Positions 37,367 to 49,370 of a stretch of DNA of 64,000 bases are shown piece by piece. Under the pieces are notes generated by a model. It searched no databases. It saw only the letters and a program-made list of their open reading frames with translations, and was not told the origin of the DNA. Source of the stretch: Sphyrna mokarran (Eukaryota); the NCBI GenBank assembly GCA_024679065.1, contig JAGIQG010000007.1, forward strand, positions 65,968,001-66,032,000, given 5' to 3'. Positions within the stretch are counted from its first letter, which is position 1. Each line of letters opens with the position of its first letter. The translations under genes were made by a program, and so were the position numbers.

Positions 37367-39469
37367 GCCTATCGGTGTGCCAGTGTCTGCAGCTCAAACT
37401 CCAGCTCGGTGACTTTGTGCAGAAGCTCCTCAAGCTGCAGACACTTATTGCAAACATGCTTGCCCTGGATTACACCAGTATCCATGAGCACTCTCATACT
37501 GCAGGCATGATACATCACCTGTCCTGCCATACTCTTAAGATCTTCAACTAATTACTTAATTATTTTCAATTATTTATTTTCTTTTAGATATTAATTAATC
37601 TTATCTAATCTAAACTGCAAGTCAAATTTAAACCTTCAGAACATAGACCTTGACCACGTAGCAGACATTCACCAGATATTCACCCAGAGCTCACCATCTT
37701 CCCCTTAGAATAGCAGAAACCATTTCTACAGAGTGGAAAGTTTAGAGAAACAAAGCAGTACCACTCTCCCCTCCTCATTGAACTCCATCTTCTCGCCAGA
37801 TATTTAGTGCTAGTTGCACAGTGTCTGAATTTGTCTGCTCTGAAGACAGAGATCCAATGAACCCAGGTACAGCAGAGACTAGTTCAAGCTAGTTTCTTTA
37901 ATTAATTAACTTCCAGCTGCTGCTAGTAGATAGTTTCTCTCCCCCCTACTTGGGCCCCTGGATGAGACTTGCATGTTAAACAATACTTGCTGTTTAATGT
38001 TAAACATAAGTACAAACAATATTGGATTTTTAGAAAGATAATTTCCTTTTCTCACCAGACTTCTCCACGCTGTCCAAAGATGCATTTTTTTTTGGTTGCT
38101 GATGTGTAACTGGGCACAATGTTCCTCGTCTCATTTAAAAATTAAATATATTTTACTACTGACCTGTGGGTCTATTTTAACCATTTTTGTTTTCAGATGA
38201 TGTGCGTTGTGAAGCTACTTTTGAACTATGCCTAGATTTTTTTCTGCCTTGACGTAAGTAACGTGATCATGATTCCTGCTCCCATGTGTTTCACTACTAT
38301 GTTTAAATACTGAATTATTTTGCAAATTTCATTGCAAACTATCTATATTAGATTTTTAAATTTTGCTTTGTATTCCATTCAAATCTTCTGCATATGAATT
38401 TTCAAGCAATTTATTTTTCACCACTCAACAGTTACTAAGCTCTTCATGAGCTTTCTGCATTTCTCATCTCTCCTGTTAGCAGAAAGGCCATTGCTTTGTT
38501 TCCTTTGAAAACTCTATCTTGTTCTTAGACTTTGGACCTCCCATCTTCTCCTAATCCTCTTTCATTTGTCTTCCATGCATGCAAACTATCAGCAGCATTT
38601 GCTAGCTAGCAGGTTTTCTCAGGAGCCACCAATGACTCCTCCCTTTTAACTGAAGTGAAGGTCAATTCAAGCGCACATTTACTATCACCAACCAGCCCTT
38701 TGCTCAGTGCTACCAGAGCTAAATTCACTAATTGAACACTGACCAAGGATCAAACCTGGATGTAACATTGGCCCAGCTATTCGCTGGATAAAATGCTAAA
38801 CTAAAATCAGTGTGGAAAGAGAAAATTGATAATCTGGGAGAAACAGGAATAGATGTAGGAGTATAATTTCTAGTTTAGAAACGGCATCAAAGGGATGCAT
38901 GTCATTCAAGCTGAGTTTAATTAAATAAATAATTGATTTGAATTGGGTCAACTTGCCCAATAAACAAAATGGAAATGCATTGACGTATGTTTCTGTTGGG
39001 ATCTGGCTACCATGTCCTGAAGTTCAGGCTCTGAGTAAATGGTGCAAATCGCATAAGGTGTTAAAACTGTTGCTGGAGTTTTCGAGCCTATAATTTCTGT
39101 TTTTATCTCACATTAAATGGGGTCCTGTTTTTCAGTTATTGAAGATTTATGTAAAGCCCTAACTACGTTGGGGGTTGTGGGTTTTAAACAAAAATATATG
39201 GTTTGCACACATTGATTCAGTAACACAATAGGTTTATTGAAAGAGATGTTCTCTGCACAGATCAGAAATCGAAACTAAAAATCAGTCTATCAGCATCACA
39301 ATAACATCAAATCATGTGAACAGTTCTTAAAGCAATCATACAACCATTTAAATGTACAACAAGTCATAGGAGATTTAAATTGCTCAGCTTTCCTTTCAAA
39401 CCATATACTATATTTACAGATGATCACTTAATTCCAACGGTCATTTTCATTCTGGTGATTAGACATCAA

Positions 39470-40322
39470 GAGTGTGATTCTCCCAAAAAAGGTCTATGTG
39501 CTGAATTTGCAGGAAAACTGGTGTAAATCACAATTGTTTTTTTCAGTGGGAGTTCACATTTGAATTTCCTATACTCTACAATGCAGAGGTCACAATCATG
39601 ATTCTCATTAATAGCTTGAGGGCGGGGCCTATTCACGCCAGAATCTGACAGTTCTGAAACTGCACATGTGCAGTGGCCCCTATCTGTCAGCCTGCAGTTC
39701 GCTGGCCAGCCTGGGACCCCAACAGTGCAGCCAGTCCACGGCCCATTTGTGGCCCCCTCATCCATTCCCGAGCCAGGCCCGACCTTGTGTCCCTCCCCCA
39801 GAGTACCCCAATCTCCGGCCCTCTTTTTTTCCTCTCCCTGCACTCTGGCAGATCCCCCCCCCCCCCCCCCCCCCACCCGCAGCCTGACCCGATTGCGAGC
39901 CTCCCTCTGCCCCAATAGGATCCCAATGCGGAGTGGCATCCCCCCACTCCACAGATCACCTCTTTGGCACAGCCCAATATGCAATACCAAGGTGCCCCGG
40001 GCAAGGGCACTTCAGACAGTACCAAAGGACACAGATTGATACTGCCAGGTGCCCATGCCCAGGGGACATTAGACCTGAGGGGCCTAATTACCCCTGCTTC
40101 ATTCGAGCATGGCCTCCCGCTGGTTCCCCAAAAGTGGGGAACTGCTCTAAACCCTGTCGGAGTGAAATTGTACTTGGTTGGGAAATGCTAGTGGGCCTGG
40201 AGAATTCAGTCCCAGACTAGATAATCACATTGAAGTAGATTAAAATAACTTACCTGCTGTTCCTACTGGTTTCCAGTGCAGTCCTGACTGTGCCATATAC
40301 CTATTTTGGGAGATATGCATTT
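39470..40322. mobile_element. Non-autonomous DNA transposon (PIF/Harbinger-like MITE), GC-rich interior
   Basis: Terminal inverted repeats tctcccaaaaaaggtctatg and (reverse complement) tctcccaaaataggtatatg, 18/20 match; no transposase ORF. Confidence 0.65.
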
Positions 40323-41049
40323 GGATGGAAGAATCTTTCTAAAATGTGCTAGGTGACATTGAGTTAATTACCATATTTGAATGGTAGTTCTGTCCCTGAT
40401 GCTGGATGCTTCTGCAAATTGAATTAATTTGAGCCAAAGCCCTTTGAGCTCAATGATAGCATTTTTTTCCTATTTATACTCCGAATCTTGACTGTACCAA
40501 CTGAATGCTGTCATGGTTAGCTTCTCCAATGCAAGAACAGTTGAGTGCTGGGCCTTTATTACATGTGTTGGCAATATTTTACCATGCACTGTTTGACAAC
40601 AGTAATATTTTAATTGTATTCAGAAGCACCACTAATTTACCTCCATTTACTAATGCCTATATTTTCACATGATTATATATGGCCTGAGCTCTTTAACGTA
40701 TTCTACAAATATTGTCTGTAAAACTTTGAAACCAGATCATTTCCCTTATTAGTAATTGTAACTAAGAGTTCCTTTTCTCCATTTAATTGCATAATATATG
40801 ATCCACCTGTTAATTTCAGTAACTTAAATTTGACTCGGGGGAAAAAGAGGGTGTTTGGGTTAATCAACTTCTTTGATTTAGAGCTGGCATCAGCGCAACA
40901 GCTACTTTTGTCCTGTATCATTCTATGACTCTCTAATCTATAAGTAATTGTAAATGGCATCCATGACATCTGAGGAATTTTGAAATCAAAATTGTAGCTT
41001 TTTAAAAACAATACTGTAAAATTAGATTGGATAATATATTGAGAAAGCA

Positions 41050-41285
41050 TTGGTGTAGTGGCATTGTCATTGGACCAATAATCCAGAGACACAGAGTAAT
41101 GTTCTGGAGACCTGAGTTTGAATCTCATCATGGCAGTTGGTGGAATTTTAATTCAATCAATAAAAATCTGGAATTCAACATCTAATGATGATAACGAAAG
41201 CATTGTTGATTTCCATAAAATTCAATCTGGTCCACTGATATCTTTTAGGGAAGGAAATTTGCCATCCTTAGTTGACCTGACGTAC
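41050..41285 (+). mobile_element. tRNA-derived SINE (family of 3117), 3' part interrupted
   Basis: tggtgtagtggcattgtcattggacc...gagtttgaatctc...tttagggaaggaaatttgccatcctta. Confidence 0.75.
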
Positions 41286-41289
41286 ATCT

Positions 41290-41440
41290 TTAAAGTTTTA
41301 AAGTTTATTAGTAGTCTTACATTTACACTGCAATTGTTACTGTAAAGCTACTCTAGTTGCCACATCTGGCGCCTGTTCAGGTACACTAAGGAAGAGAATT
41401 TAGCATCTAATCAGTATGTCTTTCAGACTGTGGGAGGAGA
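41290..41440 (-). mobile_element. V-SINE variant 3' part
   Basis: Antisense of the tail at 5260-5320 plus gactgtgggagg V-domain edge. Confidence 0.6.
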
Positions 41441-41567
41441 CATTATATATTAATAATTTGGAAGAGGGAACTGAATGTATTATCTTCAGATTTGCAGATG
41501 AGGCAAAGTTGGGTGGGAGGGTGAGCCATAAGGAGGATACAGAGATGCTTCAATGTACTTTGGACAG

Positions 41568-41866
41568 GACAGCTCAGTGACTATCGCTGTGCTGTGCAGA
41601 TACATGGATTTGGGCCTGTGTCTGTGGGAGTTTGCGCATTCTCCCCATGCTTGCGTGGGTTTTCTCCGGTTTCCTCCCACATCCCAAAGATGTGCTCTTA
41701 GGCTAATTGACAAAACAAATTCTCCATAAATTGTCTCAAATTTGGTTTTTAATCCATAAATCTATAAACATAGACAGGGATCACGGGTAGAGGTGGGAAC
41801 ATCGGGGTGGCAGCGTGGGCTCGTTGGGCCGAAGGGCCTGTTTCCCGTGCTGTTTTGTTCTTTGTT
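41568..41866 (+). mobile_element. CR1 subfamily A 3' UTR copy consisting only of the SINE-derived part
   Basis: Matches 29645-29957; begins at gacagctcagtgac. Confidence 0.88.
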
Positions 41867-42197
41867 GTTGTGTATTGATATCTGTACAGCAGATGCAGTA
41901 CCATGTGGATAAGTGTGAGGTTAATCACTTTGGCAACAATAATAGGAAGACAGATTATTAGTTGAATGGGCGTAAATTGAGAGAGGTGGATGTTCATCGA
42001 GACCTTGGAGTTCTCATGCATCAGTCACTGGAAGTAAGTGCAGAGATACAGTAAAGAATGTAAATGGTATGTTGGCCTTCACAGTGAGAGGATTTGAATA
42101 TAGGAATAGGCATTTTTAGCTGCAGTTGTATAGGGCATTCGTGAGGTCACATCTGGAGTATTGTGTGTAGTTTTGGTATCGTTATCTGAGGAAGGAT

Positions 42198-42511
42198 GGA
42201 ATCATTGAAACCTATAGTGCAGAAGGAGACCATTCAGCCCATTGAGTCTGCACTGACCACAATCCCACCCAGGCCCTTTTCTCCATAGCCCCATGCATTT
42301 ACTGACTTATTCCTCTGACCCTAAGGGACAATTTAGCATGGCCAATCCACCTCATCCGCACATCTCTGGACTGGGAAGAAACCAGAGCAATCAAAGGAAA
42401 CCCACACAGACATGGGGAGAATATGCAAACTCCACTCAGGCAGTGACCCAAGCGAGGAATCAAACTGCGTTCCTGGCATTGTGAGACATCAATGCTTACC
42501 ACTGTGCCACT
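42198..42511 (-). mobile_element. HE1-type V-SINE nested in CR1
   Basis: Reverse complement gtggcacagtggtaagcattgatgtctcacaatgccagg...gtggagtttgcatattctcccc; host reads aggaaggatg|tccttgct across it. Confidence 0.85.
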
Positions 42512-42994
42512 ATGTCCTTGCTATAGAAGGAGTACAGCAAAGAATTTCCTAGGGTGGTAAGCCTGTCATATGAGGAGAGACTAAGTCGATTGAGATTATA
42601 TTCACTGGAGTTTAGAAAATGAGAGGAGATCTCATAACTTACAAATTCTAACAGGATATATTCAGAAAGAATGTTCACAATGGTGGGGGAATTCAGAACT
42701 AGAGGTCATAGTTTAAAGATCAGGGATAAACCTTTTAGAATTGAGGTGAGGAGAAACTTCTTCACTCAGCGTGATGAATGTGTGGAATTCAGTACCGCAG
42801 AATGTAGTTTTGACCAAAACAATGTCTGATTTCAAGAAGAAATTACATATAGCTCTGGGGGCTAAAGGGATATGGGGAGAAGGGGGATCAGGATATTGAA
42901 TTCGATCAGCTGTGATCAAAATGAATGACGGAGCTGGCTTGAAGGGCCAAATGGTCTAATCCTGCTTCTAATTTCAATGATTCAATGAAATCAG

Positions 42995-43122
42995 AAATCC
43001 ACACAGACGCTTGGAGAACGTGGTCTCCAAGTCCACACGGACAGTGACCCAAACCAAGAATTGAACTGGGTCCCTCATGCTGTGAGGTAACAGTGCTAGC
43101 TATTGTGCCACCAAGCCGCCCT
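42995..43122 (-). mobile_element. HE1-type V-SINE 5' half
   Basis: Reverse complement gggcggcttggtggcacaatagctagcactgttacctcacagc...ccagttcaattc. Confidence 0.7.
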
Positions 43123-43189
43123 GTGATGTGACTACATTCCTGTTGGTGATTCTTAAATATTTTATGAAATGGCCGATCGAGTCACTCAA

Positions 43190-45185
43190 TTGTATCAACC
43201 ACTAGAAAGTATAAAGAATGAGCCCAGATGGACCTGCTGGCATCGACTTCAGCATCGTAAAGAACAACGTCAACCCTGCAAAGTCTGACTTATAAAATCT
43301 TTGGGGGCTTGTACAAAAGTTGAGAGAGCTGTCCCACAGACTAGTCAAGCAGCAAACAAAAACAGAATATGCTGGAAAATCACAGCCTCTCTGACAGCAT
43401 CTGTGGAGAGAGAATAGAGTCAACATTGAGTCTGGATGACCCTTCATCAGAGCTGAAGTGAGCAGTAGCTTGACATTGTCATGATATCAGACCTTACAGA
43501 TAGTGTTGCAGGTGTCAGTATCCCTGCAGCAGAGATATTGACATGCAAGAGATTGTTGCCTGTGAATCCTCAACGTAGACTTAGGATCTCATGAAGTCTC
43601 ATGATATCAGGTCAAACATAGGCAACAAAACCTCCTGCTGATTACCATGTACCTGAATCATGCAGTCTTGAAACATTTAAGTCAGTTTTTCTCATGCTGC
43701 CGGGCTTACTGACCTTTTTCAGACTTTCAGCATTTGCAGTATTTTACTTTTAGATGGCTGTGGTTGTTTGGGATCAATCATCTTCGTTCTAGGACATCAT
43801 TGCAGGAATCCTTCAGGGTAATGTCCTAGATCCAACCATCTGCAGCTGTTGCACTGATGGTGCTTCATTTGTAAGTCAGAAGTTGGAATGTGCAATCATA
43901 GCAAATAATGTTCAGCACCATTCATGACAACTCGTACTGAAATAGTGCGTGTCCAAATGCAGCAAGATCCACTTGAGCTGACAAACATTCATGCCACACA
44001 AGTGCCATTAAACTGCTATCCCCAACAAGAGAGGTAATCTAACCACGTTGCACTTTGATATTCAGTAGTATTACTGTCATGGAATCCTCCACTGTCAGCA
44101 TCCTGGTAATTACCATTGCCTAGAAATTGAACTGGTGTTGGTGGTAAAACTAAGAGGATTTGAGTACAGGATTAGGATGCCTTGCTGCATTTATACAGGG
44201 CTTTGGTGACATCACAACAGGAGTAGTCTGTGCAGTTTTTGTCTCCTTATGTGAGGAAGGATGTTCTTGTTATGGAGGTAACTTAGCAGCAGGATTAGGT
44301 CATTTGGCCCTTCAAGCCTGCTCCGCCATTCATTTTAATCATGAACCTGTGGAATTCTCTGCACACAAAGTAATTTAGCTCATGGTCTTGTATGTTTTCA
44401 AGAAGGAATTAGATATAGCTCTTGGGACCAAAGGATATGGGGAGGGGAAGCAGGAAGAAGTTACTGAATTGGATGATCAGCCATAATGGCAGAGAAGGAC
44501 CAATTTGCCTACTGATCCCTATTTTCTGTGTTTCTATTTATATATTTTGGCTACAAGAGCAAGCCATACACAAGGAATCCTTGTAACTCATCTGAATTTC
44601 TAAAGTCTGTCCACCATCTACAAGATACAAGCTAGGAGTGTGATGGCATACTATCCACTTGCCTGAATGAGTGCAGCTCCAACAGACGTCATTTGCACAT
44701 GTAGATTCAAAATAACAATAACAGATTTGCTGCAGGAGCTACTGCTTGTACAGTTGAAAATGAAACTAAATAGGAATTTGTGAAGCACCCCAATGGCATC
44801 ACCATTAAATCACGTAACTGACTCTTAACTATACAGCATGTTGTTTGCTTGTTGTATCAGATGCTGGTCGTGACCAGTGAAACAAAGCCAGTTTCCCCAC
44901 AATGCAGAATCTTATCACATGCCGAAATAAATAGTACAACTGCTGCCTAGCTTAGATCCCTTCGGATGCAATTTGTTCAAATATTTTTGTTGATTACACA
45001 TCTATACTTTAATTTGTTGGACATTTTGGCTACCATTAAACATTGAAACAGCTCACTGTCATTCAGGGTAAAGCAACCTGCTTGGTTGATACCTCATCCA
45101 CAAATATTCACTTCTTCAATTACAGATGCACAGTGGTAGTAAAATATACCATCCATAAGATGCACTGTAGGAATTCACCAAGAAA
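43190..45185 (+). mobile_element. LINE family X, fragmented, with nested Penelope (43355-43455), CR1 (44150-44535) and inverted-duplication inserts
   Basis: Segments align by eye to 12845-13420 (aatgttcagcaccattcatgacaactcgtactgaa; ccatctacaagatacaagctaggagtgtgatgg). Confidence 0.7.
44684..45044. repeat. Left arm of ~360-bp inverted repeat (partner 46170-46544)
   Basis: agacgtcatttgcacatgtagattc... is the reverse complement of ...gaatctacgtgtgcaaatgacgtct along its whole length. Confidence 0.95.
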
Positions 45186-46169
45186 AATTTGCTACTTTCT
45201 TAATTGAGCCTTGTATGTTCTAATTTGGAGTGCCCAATTTAATTTACTGCTATGGGTTTATTCATTAATTATTATAAGTATTGTCTTTATTCATTGTGTA
45301 TGGGTGTCATGAGTAAGACTGGCAATTTTTGCTCATTCAGAATTGTTTTCGAGAGGTGTTGTAAACCACAAACTTGAACAGGTGTGGTCCATCTGGTAAA
45401 GATAGAAGCATGGTGAGACTAAGTAATGAGGTCCAGGATTTTGACTCAGTGTTGAAGGAATGACTGGTATCTGACTTGGTAGAGAAATTGGATGTGATGG
45501 GAGTTTCCTTGTCTGCTGCCATTATCCTTCTAAGTGGCGGTGAGGGGGGCTAGTGTCAGGGGTTGGCAAAACTGCATTAAATTGTACAAACTATATGTCT
45601 TCCTTTATGTGTGTTAGCTGACTTTCAGTCACAGCGACATTGGGAAAGCCACATGGGCCTTGGAATTCCCAGAATAGGCAGAGGGGAAGGGGGAATCTGT
45701 TTTAGGCTAACCTGATTCTGTTCTCCTTCTTATTCCTGCTCGTTTGCATTCTCACTCACCATACATGCTTATAAGCTAAAATGGCTGCTGTCTTGGCTAA
45801 AATTAAGAATTTGCATTTGGCCAGGTGTTGCAGCTACTGGTAATCAAACTGGAGAGTTTGCCTCTTTATAATTCCTTATGAAACTGCTTCAAAGATACTA
45901 GAGTTTATAAAGATTATGTTACAATCTTTGAACAAGCACATATTTTTAATCTGATTCATATCTTTCCAGATAAGCAACTTGAAAGCTTAAGTTTATCTCC
46001 AAGGTTTTATTATCCCAGTGTATACTGTCCATAACGGCACAGAGGTATTTAATATTGCTTCTAAGATCATCCTGTGCTCCCTACAGTAATATTCTGAACT
46101 ATAGTTCTTTCATTAAGAAGTTCCTGTTTTGATGGTTGTTCTATATTCATGATATATCCACTTGATTAA

Positions 46170-46544
46170 AATGTTTAATGGTAGCCAAAATGTCCAACAA
46201 ATTAAAGTGTAGAGGTGTAATCAACAAAAATATTTGAACAAATTGCACCTGAAGATATCTAAGCTAGGTAACAGTTGTACTATTTATTTAGGCATGTGTT
46301 AAGATTCTGCATTGTGGGGAAACTGGCTTTGTTTCACTGAACACGGCCAGCATCTGATACAACAAGCAGACAACATGTATTTAAGTGGTTGAAATATATT
46401 TAAAAGTCACTTACATGATTTAATGGTGATGTCATTGGGGTGCTTCACAAATTCCTATTTAGTTTCATTTTCAACTGTACAAGCAGTAGCTCCTGCAGCA
46501 AATCTGTTATTGTTATTTTGAATCTACGTGTGCAAATGACGTCT
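46170..46544. repeat. Right arm of ~360-bp inverted repeat (partner 44684-45044)
   Basis: aatgtttaatggtagccaaaatgtccaacaaattaaag is the reverse complement of ctttaatttgttggacattttggctaccattaaacatt. Confidence 0.95.
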
Positions 46545-47008
46545 TTCTGTTTTAATTTAAAACTCACAACACTTAACATAAATCATTACAGAAAATAAAT
46601 TAGCAGTTAAGGCATTGAAAAAGTAAATTTGCAATGAGTCGGGATTTTCTTTTGAGAACCTAGAAAAAAAATTAAATTGTGTCCTCATGTTTTGAATACT
46701 AGAAGGCTGGGGAAAATCAACATTGTGGTTAAAGACTGAAGTGCCAGTGAAGGAAGGCCAAGTAAGAAAAAAAGTAAAATAAATAGCGTTCTTTACCAGG
46801 GAAAACAATCGGTAGACCCCTCTAATTGCAGGGTATGTGCACAAGTTGCATTGTGTTGTAGCAGAGCGGAGACTCACTGCACGCTTGAAAAAGATCTCTG
46901 TGGTTTAAAAGAGAATTTTTTCTCAATCAGAAGGATGAGATTCCATGCAGGGTGTGACATATTTGAAAAGAAATGTTGCTTTGGCTGCAGCAATTTGAAA
47001 AAAACAAG

Positions 47009-47834
47009 ACAAAGAACAAAACAGCACGGGAAACAGGCCCTTCGGCCCAACGAGCCCATGCCACCACCCTGATGTTTCCATCTCTACCCGCGATCCCTGT
47101 CTATGTTTAAAGATCTATGGATTAAAAACCAAATTTGAGACAATTTAGGGAGAATTTGTTTTGCCAATTAGCCTAAGAGCACATCTTTGGGATGTGGGAG
47201 GAAATTGGAGCTCCTGGAGAAAACCCACGCAAGCGTGGGGAGAATGTGCAAACTCCCACAGACGCAGGCCCAAATCCATGTATCTGAGCTGTCATGTTGC
47301 CCATCAGATGGTCCAGGTCAAGCGTACACTAACAATGTGAAGCAGTAGGATACACTCGAAAAAGATCCAAGAGCAGTCCTCTCTCAACCTATCGCGTGTA
47401 TGCCCCCCATTAGACAACAAGGTGGACCAAAGCACCTGTAGGATAAAAACAAATACATCAATATCATCATCTATTTACACACTTCCCAGGGACTCCCAAG
47501 GCTCCTGATCCCTATTTTAAATCAGTTTTCTATACCCCTCCATTCCCATTCTGTTCATGTGCCCATCTAAGTATTTCTTAAATAACTCCAGAGTGCCTGC
47601 CTCCACCACTTGGCAGTGCATTCCATACCCCCACCACCCTCTGTGTGGGGAAAAAAAACTCCCTCTAGCATCCAAATTATACTTTACCCCCCTCACCCTT
47701 AGCCCGTGACCCCTCGTGCTATTTGAGTCCATCCTAGGAAAAAGCTTAACCCTATTTACTCTATCAATCCCCTTCAAAATTTTGTACACCTCTATCAGAT
47801 CTCCTCTAAGTCTACGTCATTCTAAGGAAAACAG
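47009..47834 (-). mobile_element. CR1 subfamily A copy, 5'-truncated
   Basis: YKILKGIDRVNRVKLFPRMDSNSTRGHGL...GYRKLI* plus composite 3' UTR. Confidence 0.9.
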
Positions 47835-48009
47835 GAAGACATCAAATTAACAGTCTTGATTTTAAAAAGGAGTACTAGAAAGATAGTAAAAAAAATTACA
47901 CTAAGCAGTCTCGAGTCTTTAGTGTCTGCAGTAGAAATGGTGAGCCTCAGGAACCATGGGTCTTTTTCACCTAATTGATGATCCTCCATGTTGTGCTGCT
48001 GATTGCCTC

Positions 48010-48345
48010 AGTATGCATCCCTGAGACCAGCCAGTAGAGCACAAAGTTGTGTGTCTCAGAGCTGCTCAGGATGAACCTTGATCAAAAACTATCTCATCTC
48101 TCTTTGGACCTTCTTTGCAAGATACATTCCACAAGAAGGTGGACAATGGTCTCTTCCTCACCACAGCCACCTCGAGAGAAATGTGCAGGATGAGACTCTT
48201 GGGAAAGATCTGACATGTAAGCACCTTTCTCATCAGCCAAAGCTAGGTCTTGATGTTTGTTTGAAAGTTCTGGTGATGAAGCATTCTGCAAAATATTTTG
48301 ACAGTCTGCTCGAAGAGCCATCTGTCGTGATCCGCCATCTCCTTT
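48010..48345 (-). mobile_element. Tx1-clade LINE ORF2 C-terminal fragment
   Basis: KHQDLA...SRGGCGEEETIVHLLVECILQRR, resembling the Tx1/L1 C-terminal zinc-knuckle region. Confidence 0.65.
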
Positions 48346-48849
48346 TCCCAATTTGCTCTTGTCGAAGTAGCTTGATTACACTTAGGTTACAAAATATCAT
48401 TTCTTTATCCAAAGTGTTAATTTCTCATCCTGAATGTGCAGAAATTAACATTCTCAGGAAAGGCAAAAGCTGTGGCAGAAACTGGGCCTAGGGTCAGCTA
48501 CACTATTAGTACTATCTTCTTGTGCTGCTGTTGTCTGTAGATACTGTTGATCTCTGCACATTGCTTTCTAATAACTAACTTTTTTCTAAACATTACACTG
48601 CTCTTAATTGCTTCCAATTGTTGTCTAATTTCCATTGACCTCACTGTACTGCACATGGACTGAGGAACTGCAAATTTGAGAATGGATGATGGCATCTTTG
48701 CAAAAAAAAATTTCTTTTGGCAATGCATTAACATTTGCTTTGGAACTATGTCATGGGCCCGCTGATTGCAAACATCTGATGTAGGAAATATTGGGGCCAC
48801 TGATTTTAAAGTGACAATGAATTGTTTCTGTTTTTGCATTCTTACCTGT

Positions 48850-49370
48850 GCATAGGAACAGGAGTAGGCCATTTGATTCTTTGAATGCACTCCAACATTC
48901 AAATAAGAACATGGGTGATCAGGTTGTGATCTCAGTTTCACTTTACTATCTGGCGCTTAATCTTCATCCTACAAATGTGAATTAGATGCGGAAGTAGCAC
49001 CCCAGCTTACTTTGCTATTCAGTAAGACCATGGCTGATCTGATTGTAATCTTAACTCCACACTCTTGCCTGTCTTCTTTCACCCTGTAGAACCCCCACAG
49101 TACAGGAGGGATCTTCCTCGTTATCAAGGGAATTGTGGTGATTAGAACATCCTGAAGTGGAGCCTATTAGATACTGTTGCATCTTACCTAACACACTGTA
49201 CAACTCTGCCTTAAATATAATCAGGACCCAGCTTCCATCACATTTTGCAGAAGAGAATTCTACATGCCAATAGCTCTTCGGGAGAAAAAAACTATTTCTC
49301 ATCTCTGTTTGAAAGACAGGTCTCTTATTTTTAAAATACAATTCTTATTTTAATCTCTCCCACAAGACAA
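48850..49370 (-). mobile_element. Old CR1 3' fragments
   Basis: aggaacaggagtaggccattt tail; FQTEMRNSFF on the minus strand. Confidence 0.6.

Larger units (their letters stand above)
33415..37510 (-). mobile_element. Older near full-length CR1 LINE, heavily decayed
   Basis: ORF1 Zn finger (HVCNKCLQLEELL), esterase (VAVGDSIVRGI, AHAGTNDIGR), ORF2 remnants (MAEELNKY), 3' tail aggagcagtcataggccattt. Confidence 0.85.
41442..42985 (+). mobile_element. Older CR1 RT and 3' end with two nested insertions
   Basis: agatttgcagatgaggcaaag (FAD-D-K region), gataagtgtgaggtt, tgaagggccaaatggtctaatcctgcttct tail. Confidence 0.8.

Noticed and set aside
39466-40220. Cluster of overlapping 64-174 aa ORFs
   Set aside because: Low-complexity Pro/Gly translations arising from GC-rich MITE sequence; no recognisable domain.
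43420-43455. Second active hammerhead on the minus strand (ctgatgaagggtcatccagactc)
   Set aside because: The required GAAA is lost (ctcaatgtt); the 12680 and 61350 copies are also core-mutated.
44684-46544. Long TIRs of a foldback DNA transposon
   Set aside because: The interrupted LINE resumes right after the left arm (45045), not after the right arm, so the arms do not bound one insertion.
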